64,000 nucleotides of DNA from Syncephalis fuscata S228 (lineage: Eukaryota > Fungi > Zoopagomycota). The DNA is taken from positions 62,001 through 126,000 of the forward strand of contig JAHLTZ010000031.1 in assembly GCA_025786725.1 (NCBI GenBank), in the 5' to 3' direction. Numbering within the stretch: position 1 is the first letter of the stretch; each line of letters begins with the position of its first letter. Shown here piece after piece: positions 53,212 through 64,000 of the stretch. Made by a program: the position numbers and the translations under genes. The notes under the pieces are model-generated. The model worked only from the letters and a program-made list of their open reading frames with translations, made no database searches and was not told where the DNA came from.

Positions 53212-55479
53212 AGCAACCCAAGAGAATGGGTGTTATTATGGGATATTGCGATTTACTTTAGTGCTAATGCAGCAGCACCCACACACAAGATGAGGCCAGC
53301 TAAGTTGAACACTGACTAATGGCGCCAAGCGCACAAATAGAGAAAATTTTGATTGGATAATCAGCTAATAAACCCAAATGTGAAGTGATTGTAACCAACG
53401 AACGAGTACACAGTTTCCTTGCAATTGAATACGCGTTGATAATCAATTTTTGAGGGGAAGAGTTGGATAGAAGCAGATATACGACAAAATAACGTAGAAC
53501 AAAATTCCACTGTGACAACCGACAATGGTTAGTGAGTAAATGAAGCGTAAACGCGACAGATGATAAGAGAATAACAATAATAGAATCCGATAATTACTTT
53601 TGCTGATTGAACGATATGGCTACTCATTTGGTCTTTATTTTACAAGTATTTATATTGGCTTTAAAGTGAGGCAAGCAGCAAGGCAGCTAATGTTATTGAA
53701 ACGGACATTGCCGACAGCCAGAGTGAGAGAATTCGTCATTTGAGTTAAGCAGCTCTGTATCCCTTTGCCCGAAGGCACTCAACCGCCTGTTGATTTGCCC
53801 ATGGTCACGGCCGTTATTATTAACAATCAGCGTATGTGTCGTTACTAAAGGGAACTAAACAAAACTTGCTGAATTCTTGGCCTATTTTTGTGATGTCAGA
53901 GACCGATTTAGACGACTGATAAGACGGTATTTAGCATTAGGCCAATTTTAGGATTGGCCATTACTACACCTATGCTGGGTAACGGTGCGATAATGATGCA
54001 GTGTCTGTCATGCGATCATTTAAGCATGTGCTTACACACCACACACACATATCACCATTGATGCTATTTCGGCATATTAAAATTTACTTATCAGTATCAA
54101 TCAAAACCAGTACAAATGGGAAAATTAACCAAGCATATGGTATTTTTGTTTTTGATGTGCTTGTATTTCAGCCGAGTCATTACCACAAGCAAAATGGGCC
54201 CATTTGCGCTTGAATGCCGAGACAAATTACCACGGAGCTGGCATAAGCCTTTTGTCTCCGACTTTCTCCATGGTGCGCCCCTACTCCATCGACGATTATT
54301 GTCACTGCCACATGAGCCAAGTTTTCTCCGACAGGGTAGCGAATAGCAAGGAAATTGGCAGCAACATGTCGTAACCAAATATGGATGAACTATTCTTGCT
54401 GTCCAAGTTGCTATTTCTAAACATAATAATAGTGTTTTAACGATAAAGTATTCACAAGTGGATAAAACAAGTAATATTTAATGTAAGATATTTTTATTTA
54501 ATTAACAGTTTCATGATTTTATACACTAACTGGCTACTGTGCATTATTATTGCTATTATTTCAATACTTTGGTAAAGATAACAATGGTATTAATAGTTTG
54601 CATTACTATTACAATTACGCCTATTCACACGACTGTTCGTAAGAATAAATGTATGATAGAATGAGTCCAGTCGTCGTGTTGCTGCATTGTCATTGCTGAG
54701 TGATTTACATGATGGTCAATTACCGATTTGGTGGATATGTGATGAGAATATTGATCAAACAAAGATTGAAACTCAGACAAAGTTAGGAAATTATTCAGAA
54801 TGTGCAAATGCACCCATCTGCTGACTTAACCTAAGGCCAAAGCCAAATATTTTTTTTGCCATTGACTCGCCACAAATACAGGTCAAATTGATGATGTTCC
54901 CCAGGAACGCAGTTTACGCCTTCATTTTATTTACACCCACCTATTAGTGTTTAAGCACACTAAGTGTGTAAATAGAATGTCAGAAAACACTCACAACTAG
55001 CTGACTGTTATTTACAGTAATCAATAGTTCTATTTTAACTAAATAAATAAATATCTAGTTGGCATTATTTTATTAATAAAAAATGGCCATTTTATAGAAA
55101 TACATTGATTATTAGTATATAATAATTCTAATAGCCATTTCCAATTATGCATGTTCGTTATCGCAAATGATAGCAACGACAAAAAACATAGCTCTATTAT
55201 TCAAAACTGTATCCTGTAGTGATAAACATGATGTTACCACGTTATCGGCATATCAGTTCCGACTGTCCCCAATGACGGAACAGCTGGCGGCCAGTCACAT
55301 CTCAAACACATGTACAGACTGATGCCAAAACCATCGTACTATACTCATTTTTATTGCCTATCGAAAGTAGGAGAAAACCACACGTCAACCCTTTCGTGCT
55401 TTTCTTTTTTAAAATAGCCAGACTGTTTATCAAATTTATTTATTTTGTAAAGCAGTGGTGTTCTAAATAACCACTAAAC

Positions 55480-57107
55480 ATGGCTGTGCTGTCGAAAGCA
55501 ACTGAGTCGATGGACCGTGTAAGAAAGCGGCTGGCCCCGTTGGACAAGGATAAGCGTTGGCAGTTGCTTCCTCGCTCGCCAGTCGCCATTCTGGCCCACG
55601 CTTTAAGAGGGGCTGTTCGTATGTAGTCAAAGGCAATCGGTAGACAGGTCAGCAAGCAGACTAACACTAGGGTATACTAGGCGCTCTTACGGTGGCTTAT
55701 GGAGCTCGAGCGGTATTTACCTTTCTACTTCGTCTATTGGCCGTATTGCGGGGAAAGTAAGTTGTATATGTTGATAACAATACAGAAAATTAACGCAAAT
55801 GGTTTTTTGCTTAGAGAGTCCTTACAGGAAGCTCTAGTAGTTGCATTGCGTGGCACGAATACACTACGTTTTAGTGCGACATTTGGCATATTCGCGTTTG
55901 TATGGAAATTGTTTAGTCATGGACTACGGGAAATACGTGGCATTGATGACCGATGGAACAGTTTTGTTGGAGGTTAGTGTACATACTAGATATTTTGTTA
56001 TATGTGTCTTATTTTCCTGATAGGATTTCTTGGTGGATTTGCTTTACTCGTGGAATCACCGCAATATCGTGTTACCTATGCTCAACAGTTTTTTGTTCGG
56101 TAAGTATGAACAAATACCAAGTAAATACAATGGTCACTAACCTGCAATCAAATAGTGCGTTACAGGCATCATATGATTCACTGCATGCACGTAATTTAAT
56201 ATCAATTCCTTATGGTGGTGCAATGCTTTTTATGGCTGCTGGATCGCAAGTGATGTATGCTTATTTGATGAAACCAAATACACTGCCGCGGGATTTTTAT
56301 CAATTTATGGTAAAAGCAGCCCGAGTGCCTGATCCTATTCTTCGATATAATGCACAAAACGTTATTACTGGTCATGTTGATCCGGCCAAGGGCCTAGAGC
56401 TTGTTAAGCGCTACAAGGGCACAGCAGGAAATATAGCGCGAATTGCAGCCATGCCATTGGCTCCTGGCGTCGTTTCCTGTGCGCTAATCCATCCTCAACA
56501 CGATAGTTGTGTTGGAGCAACTGCTGAATGGTGGATACGCGTATTCCAAATGATTGCTCCGGTGTATGCATCGCTCAACCTGGCACCTATGGTCACGCTG
56601 CGTTTCTTCAAATTTATAAAGGAGCCGCTACCATTGTTGCGTAAAGCACTGCTTAACACTTTCCGTTCGGGCAGTTTTCTTGCCACATATGTTGTGTCAT
56701 TCTTAACCCTTATCTGCGCTCATCGCAACATACACAGCTGGATATATCATATTACTGGCCGCCGATTTGCTGATTCAAAATTATTAGCTTACCTATTTTG
56801 CTGGCTTAATGGATTGGCTATTTTTATTGAACATCCCACACGACGGGTCGAGCTGGGGCTTTACGTATTACCGAAGGCTGCTGAAAGTTTATTTGCCGTC
56901 ATGGTGCAAAGACGCTTGGCAGTGGTAATTCCACACGCTGAAGTCGGTTTGTTTGCCGTTGGTATGGGCATTATTATGGTAAGTATTCAAGTATACCATT
57001 ACTGCAATACTCTAACTACTTTTTACTAGTCTTTCTATCAAAGCGAGCCCGAATATTTAACTCCAATGATGCGGCGGTTAATGCGACCGTTCTTTGGCCG
57101 TTTCTAA
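55480..57107 (+). CDS. TMEM135 / Tim17-fold peroxisomal membrane protein-like; ~6 exons
   Basis: HALRGAVR, TLRFSATFGIFAFVWK, RGIDDRWNSFVGG, YAQQFFVR, QVMYAYLMKPNTLPRDFYQF, CALIHPQHDSC, APVYASLN, RSGSFLATY, IFIEHPTRRVELGLYVLPKAAES. Confidence 0.82.
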
Positions 57108-57139
57108 ACATTTTTAATTTCCATTTTATTGATGTTCCA

Positions 57140-58349
57140 AAGCTATTTTACTCTGCGTCCTCTACTTTTGGAAATAAAAATATGGTAAACAAATAAATCC
57201 GAACAAAATACGAATTGTAGATTGCTAACTAAAACTTAAATAGTATGCGCGTACAATTGTAATAAATTCAGACTTGTTAAAACGGTGTAATTTATTCATA
57301 TAACTAGTAGGACATCACTTTACCTTTCTGGATGTACAGTGGGTCGCATTTTACGTGTGCTGACTTAGGAGCATTATGCAACGGTAATTTTTAAACAGTA
57401 ATCCACTAAGAATACTTTTTTGTTAATGCTGCCATTGCTTTACTGATGGCATTGTTCTATGAATATACTTGATTTTATGCGATTAGTTTTATTATTTGTT
57501 TTGTTCCACCACTTGAGTAACTTTTTCATCGGTACTTCAATTTATGCCTGTATGTATTATCATACCGTATATATCATCTCATTTATTAATTAAATAAAAA
57601 TAACTGTTTTTTGTGCATTAAGTAATTTATTAACCATTTAATGTGATTTAGGGGTCGAATGACTATGTTTAATAGCATTTACGCAGTGAACTAAATATCT
57701 GTTCTAGTGAACATGATGGTGGGTGGTGAATGACATCAAAGTTTAGAATACTTATCATTGTAGATTTATCATCAGTATGCATATATCCAGTACACATATA
57801 TACTCTACTCATTTATATCATTCCCATACTATTATATACCAGTATATATTATTCTGTGACATACTACACACATTCTATTGTTTATATATTTCAACGCACT
57901 TTACTCATTCCACTCATTGCGTTGTATGTACTATAGCTCTAGCATCATTTGTATGCTTTATATCGTACATTTATCATTTTATATATCATTTTATGCTCAC
58001 CTAGCCTTTCTCTGTTCAAAACTGCTTTTATTGTTTGTTCTAGCTTTATTATTAATAAATGTCGACTAATTCCGCTTATTGCTTATGCATATATGCTTAA
58101 TAACCTTAACACAGCCAATTGTCATTCAATATTGTATATTATTCTATCGTCTGATAGCTACGCGTCATCTATTGTAGCTGTTCTTTTGGTTTTAGAGCTT
58201 TTATTAATGAATCTCAGTTCATTCATTTTATTCATTTAGCGAGTTATATGTGATTGAAACCTATAACAATATGGTGTATTCAGTATAGCATAGAATGGTA
58301 TATAATAATATAAAATTTATGCATATATTCAGTATATATATTGGATAAT
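57140..58349 (-). repeat. Right arm of the ~1.2 kb inverted repeat
   Basis: Reverse complement of 46160-47359; begins 33 bp after the TMEM135-like stop codon. Confidence 0.92.
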
Positions 58350-58887
58350 GAATCTATAATAATGAATATTTTATAGCTAATGTCACTCACCATCCATCAT
58401 CATGTTCAATAGATTTAATATTATTAAATAAAGTCGTTTTAATCACAAATCATGCTAAATACCTAATAAATTCAATTAGATTGTATAATAATGCAGTTTG
58501 TTTAACTCAATTAACGAGCTTAAAATTAAAAATTAAAATGAAATGGTACATAGCATATGTATATTAGTGCAACAATGATCGACTTCAAATATTTAAAAAA
58601 AATTAAATAGTATGTTACATTCTTTATTTAAATTAATGTACTAACACTATTTTAATAGGAAGCAATATAATTGAACACGAGAATGTTATTGTTAAAAATG
58701 CGGAAAAACAAACTAAACCAAACGAAAAATAAGCAACAACAATTCAAGGCGATGACTTTTGCACGATCACGCGCCACTACTACATAAAACACAACGGCGG
58801 GTAGCAGTCGAATTACAAACGATTAAGTAATCAAGCAAGCAAACAAACAAAAAAACACACAGAAACATAAACATCGTTCTGTCGCAA

Positions 58888-60858
58888 TTATGATACATTA
58901 TCCGGGCTGAAGAAAGAGCGTATTCGATCCTCTTCTGCCTGCTCTGCACGTCTTAATTCTTGGAATGCGCGTTGTAGCTCGATACTTTTGCTATGATGCG
59001 GATCAGCCTTGTCGGGCATGGCCACTGCGTCATGACCACCCTGCTCGAGTTGCTGTACCGCTATCGGACTAGTCTCCACAAGTACATCCGGTCGTGGTAG
59101 AATGCTAATTGTCGATATGGGCGACAATGGACTAGGAAATGCTAATAAATTAGTATCATCTTCATCGCCAACCACATCCGTATCATAAATATTAGACATG
59201 TCGCCGTCTCCATTCTCCGTATACGCATCGGGTGCACCAAGACAACTGAAACCTGAATCAGTACGGCCAGTTGAACCGAAAGGAATACCCAGTAGACCGG
59301 TGCTATTCATCGATGCTGGCAGACTATTTGCCTCACCGGTAGGAGCAGATGAAGGTAATGAAGAAGGTGCAGGGAATCCGGGAGTAATACCAGGTACGCC
59401 GCTCATTCGACGGCCACGACGACGCAACTCTGATAACATAAGCGATCGGGCAGCCTCCAAATCCTCTCGGGCGCGTGACAGATCCTCGCCAAGAGCAATA
59501 CGCGCTGTTGCCCGACGATAATGAGCCTTGGCATCTCCAGGACGGCGTGTAAGTGCTGTATCACAATACTGAATGCACAGTGCATATCTTCGCAGTTTTA
59601 ACGCACAAGCAGCCAAGTTCAGTAAACATACATGGAGTAATTCCTTTGTATCTACACTGACTTCATCGCTTAACTCGTCTACAAATGGCTGATCGTCCGG
59701 CATAGGCTCCAATAGTGTTAAACACATCTCGTAGCGAGCTGTAGCACCTAACCAGTCACCTTCAGAATAAAGACGATTACCCAGTTGGCGTAGTGTCATT
59801 GCTTCTTGTTGTCTTCTGGCAATCGACCACTGCCACCATTGCTCGCCTGTACTTGTAGGTGCACGCTTTTCCAATAGGTGGATATGCAACTCTAGCGGTA
59901 ATGTTTCCAAATCGTTCATAACAGCTGCATCAGCTGGATCAACTGATCGTTGACGTAAATGGTGTTGATGTAATTGATGCAAGCATGAAGATGCACCATT
60001 ACTTGTTGGTAGAGCTGAATTTGGCAGGATAGGCGAGTTTTGAGACGATGACGATGCACCATGATGATGAAATGCATTGGACAAACTTCCTCGTCGACTT
60101 GTACTATGCGAATCTTGTAATCGAAGTGCACGTTCTAATTGTGCAAATCCCTATATTATCATTAATATTGTTATTATTAATAAAATAATTTAATATTAAT
60201 TAATTATATAACTAATCAACTACATAACTAATTAACCGACTTACCTCTGTACATTCTCGTCGAAGTAAAAAACGAGACTGTTCTCCAACACGCATTGATT
60301 TAACAGCCATTTCTAACGCAGCTGCTGTAAATCCACGACCAACTCGTAGTTCAAATGGTCGTCCATGCGGAGTGACATGAGTATCACGTACTAATTCACG
60401 AATAACTACGCGTCGATTGGGTACAGATGCTGTTGCACCATTTTCATGGTCATTGTCTGTATGTGTACCCGATATACCACTATCCATTGATCCACGAGCC
60501 ATAGATTCATTGTTATCATGCTGGTAATGATGCTGAGTATTATTGGTAACGCCATTACTGAGTATAGACATGTCAGGTTGTGTTGCTATGGCTAAGGGCG
60601 GTTCCAAGGCAAATGCACTCATACGTCGTTGTAGAGCGGCCATTGCATAAGCAGGAAATTGATCGACTGCCTCTTCTTCTTCATCTTCTTCATCTTCTCA
60701 TCTCTTCTTCATAATGACCTTCATCCTCTTCTTCATAATGACCTTCATCTTCTTCATATTCATCTTCTTTATCATTTTTTATGATACCTGTACCATTTAC
60801 ATGGTCAATATTATTCATTAACTCGTCTCTTTCTTCTTCTCCTTCCTCTTTCTCCTCC

Positions 60859-60893
<35 letters not shown>

Positions 60894-61289
60894 TTCGATA
60901 GTATTTTCAATATTGTCAGACATCAACGCCATAATCGGTGATTCGGTAACTTCTTTATTGCCTGGTCGAAGCGTATAAAGAGAGAAATGAAATATGGCCA
61001 ATGTATCATCACACCAAGATACAGGTGGTGTTGGCTCACCGTCTTGGGATTGGCTAATTGATATTGATCCATGAATGTTACTACCATCATTGTCATTATC
61101 GCCGACATCATAGCCTGGTACATCGACCGTTTTTAATAGGCCCTCTTCTAGTAAAGAGGATGCCATAGTTGGAGTAGGAGAAATGGAACGACGGCGAGTT
61201 TCAAGTGGTACTGTCAAGCCTCCCGTCATTATATGGCTGGAATCGCTACTGTCGTGGCTATGGCAATCGGTTTTACTAAAACTTGGCAT
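58888..61289 (-). CDS. AIP/AIPL1-like FKBP-TPR co-chaperone with large low-complexity insertions; intron 60151-60244; frame break in the GAA repeat near 60700
   Basis: Split FKBP-like domain (LLKTVDVPG, AIFHF, DTHVTPHGRPFELRVGRGF..LEMAVKSMRVGEQSRF, LPLELHIHLL) followed by TPRs (LRQLGNRLYSEGDWLGATARYE, LLNLAACALKLRRYALCIQYC, AKAHYRRATA). Confidence 0.75.
60662..60897. repeat. GAA/GAG/GAT coding microsatellite (poly-Glu/Asp) with a repeated 24-nt unit (YEEEDEGH)
   Basis: (tct/tcc)n tracts and repeated tcttcttcataatgaccttcatc on the + strand. Confidence 0.85.
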
Positions 61290-61817
61290 TGAGTAGTACG
61301 TATGCTAGATACCGTGGAATCCCCCACAGTAATAACTTTGAGCGTAGTTTAAATGCACTAAGGACTTGCACTACTTGGTCAAGAGCGGAAACAAGTATAG
61401 GATTACAAAAAGAAAATGCAATTGCAGTTTGAGACTCCGGTTGTACAACCAAGTTTTGAGGCAAACAATAAGAGTGTGGCTATTTGTACAATAGTTGATG
61501 CAAGTCGATATTTCACGTCAAAGCAACGCTATCGTATAGAATAGTTTCCAGTATCGTTTTATGCAATAAAACGACAGTTGTGCTTGATTTAATGCTTAAA
61601 CTAGCAGAAAAACAACACTGGTGCTAATTACTAGATACAAAAGATTAACGATAAGCCTAAACAATAAAGAAGATACTAGTAAGATAAAGCGCTAAAAAAT
61701 AAATGATATTAATAAACTAAGAGCATGTGAACTACACAGCAAGAATAAACGACAGTGACAAAACAAGAGCAAACTAAATAGAATGAAGCGGAGTAAAATG
61801 AACCTTCACACGACCAG

Positions 61818-61848
61818 GTGTGTGTGTGTGTGTGTGTTTGTGTTTGTG
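61818..61848. repeat. (GT)n microsatellite
   Basis: gtgtgtgtgtgtgtgtgtgtttgtgtttgtg. Confidence 0.85.
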
Positions 61849-62681
61849 GACGCTTAGATATACAAATGGCAATTGCACTGACAGTGCTTAAATGAAATGG
61901 CAATCTGCAAGTAAACGCGTGCAACCAACCAGAACAGGTCGTTTAAAGGAAGAAAACGACTGGTAATGGTAGTCAGTTGGATGGCAACAAACGTAGCGCT
62001 TCAAAAAGAACAATACAGATAAATGAACGCAAATACAATGAGGCAAGCAGAGCAGGCGTCCAGCTGCAAGTCAAACAAAAGAACAATGGCAATGAAATAG
62101 ACGAGAAAGAGAAGAAGTAGTAGAAGTTTAGTAACAAGCACCTGACTCGCTATGTAGGTGAGCGTGTGGACGGACAAGCATGCTTGTGTTTCGACTATCT
62201 ACAGTGGCAAGGCCTGCCTGTCCATGTTGGTTCCACACTTTGGCCATTCTGCAGAGAAAAAAAGGCGCAACCTGTTCTATTTCGATAGAAATAGCGATAA
62301 CTAACCTGTCATACAGCAATAATAGCCATAAGGCAAATAGAACACTGCAGTAATAGTACAGCGAAATGATAATGGTAATAATCACAATTATTATAGTTAT
62401 TTGTTTACACTGTTTGTGGTCAATGGTGGTACCATAAAACAAGATGATTTTGACATTTCTTAATTAGTAACATAATAGTTTATTGATCTAGTAAATCAAT
62501 AGACAATCCAGGTGATGTCAAAAATACATCTAAACATAAAATGAATGTTTTAGTATTTTGCAGCCAAAAGCTGCTACGTAACTTTGTCCATCTCACTGTC
62601 GATCTATTCGCGCCTATTTGTTTATCCTTATTACTATACGACAACGACAGTATCTGTCTGTGCCAATAACTCTGATCAACA

Positions 62682-64000
62682 ATGGCTCTTCGCATTCCAA
62701 AGGCATCTGCGCCACAACTGTTTAAAGATGGCTACAAGGCAAGTGTAGACGTCATTTGATGGATCGGTTGATTGTTGATTGTTGATTGTAAGCTATGCTT
62801 GCAATGCAATCTGTATGATGTCATTAATACGGATCAAATGATCAAACGCGTTTTACTTGCATATGCTATGCGGTCGTGCTGATGCTTGATGATGCGTTGT
62901 ACTCTGTACTATATTGTGTTTTACAGTGAGATCTAACGATGTGTTTTTTGATCAGCTATTGCAAGGTGTTGATGAGGCAGTATTGCGCAACATTACTGCT
63001 TGTCGCGAACTGACCGAGATTACTCGAACATCTTTCGGTCCTAATGGTAAGTACAAGCAAGTAGAGAAATAAAGATAACATAAAATAATGGATCAGCGAT
63101 GACGAAACTAACCTATATCCATTGACTATATACTAGGCCGTAATAAAATGGTGATCAACTACTTGGACAAGCTATTTGTTACCAATGATGCTGCCACTAT
63201 TATTCGTGAGCTTGAAGTTGTGCATCCAGCTGCAAAGATGCTTGTTATGGCTAGCCAGCAACAAGAGTCGGAATTGGGCGATGCTACAAACTTGGTGATT
63301 GTTATTGCAGGAGAGTTGCTTAAACAAGCTGAAAATCTACTTCGTATGGGATTGCATCCAAGTGAGATTGTGCAAGGATACGAGATTGCTATCCGCAGAG
63401 CCGATGAGATTCTTCAAGGTAAGTAATAACGTTGGTAAATAGCTTATATATTAATATGTGTTTTACCAACTAATTAACTAATTAATTAATAGAATTATCG
63501 GTTGATGCCGTTACTGAGCCACATAATCGTGATCAGCTATACAAGGCAGTCAAGCCAGTTATTGCTGCTAAACAATATGGACACGAAGAACTATTGACCG
63601 ATCTTGTCGTCGATGCATCAATGACGGTGATGCCTAAGAATGCTAGTAACTTTAGCGTTGACTCAGTACGTGTGGTTAAGGTCATGGGCGCAAATGTATT
63701 CGATTCGCGTGTCATTCGTGGTATGGTTTTTAATCGTGAGCCAGAAGGTAAGACAAATGGATAAAATATAGAACAAGATAAATAAGTTACTTATTGCTGC
63801 TATTTAATTAGGTCATATTCGCAAGGTTGAAGGAGCTAAAGTAGCAGTGTTTTCATGTGCTTTGGATATTTCGCAGACGGAAACAAAAGGCACCGTTCTT
63901 ATTCATAACGCCGAGGAAATGTTGAACTTTTCTCGTGGTGAAGAAGAGTCGCTTGAGCGTGCCATTAAAGAATTGGCCGATGCTGGTGTCAAGGTTGTTG
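62682..64000 (+). CDS. CCT8: Chaperonin CCT/TRiC subunit theta; 3' end outside the window; first intron GC-AG 62739-62955
   Basis: MALRIPKASAPQLFKDGYK|LLQGVDEAVLRNI, RTSFGPNGRNKMVINYLDKLFVTNDAATIIRELEVVHPAAKMLVMASQQQESELGDATN, LLRMGLHPSEI, FSVDSVRVVKVMG, QTETKGTVLIHNAEEMLNFSRGEE. Confidence 0.95.

Noticed and set aside
57730-58239. Hydrophobic ORFs (MTSKFRILIIV..., MYALYRTF...) repeated at 46270-46769 and 23927-24166
   Set aside because: They are shadows of an AT-rich repeat; frames differ between near-identical copies through indels.

Overview
Intron-rich, AT-rich eukaryotic DNA with the standard genetic code, mostly 45-110 nt introns and ctaac/ttaat branch sites. The gene content points to an early-diverging, probably non-flagellated fungus; a Zoopagomycota/Syncephalis-like mycoparasite is my inference and cannot be proven from this window. 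Conserved genes: a ROCK/MRCK (DMPK-family) kinase running off the left edge, a mitochondrial PPR protein, SF3A3/PRP9, eIF4A3/FAL1, VMA1, an STB2/STB6-like gene, a DH-PH RhoGEF, a P2C Na+/K+-ATPase alpha-like pump, a TMEM135-like gene, an AIP-like FKBP-TPR gene, and CCT8 running off the right edge. Two fast-evolving patches lie between them. The first (15-25 kb) holds a birth-and-death cluster of orphan 7-TM GPCR-like genes, an F-box-like gene and a dispersed repeat. The second (38-49 kb) holds a subtilase pseudogene, tandem SDR genes, an MDR oxidoreductase pseudogene and the left arm of a near-identical 1.2 kb inverted repeat whose partner is at 57.1-58.3 kb. Best leads: (1) a shortened CEP135/Bld10-like centriole protein; (2) the 7-TM receptor family with a class-A-like LERAY motif; (3) a structured GC-AG first intron in CCT8 whose donor is base-paired and has a competing poison donor; (4) a P2C pump with altered ion-binding residues; (5) the ROCK/MRCK-type kinase. 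Several genes, including essential SF3A3, carry single-base deletions that are most likely assembly errors. All family assignments are motif recognition from memory; no database search was run.
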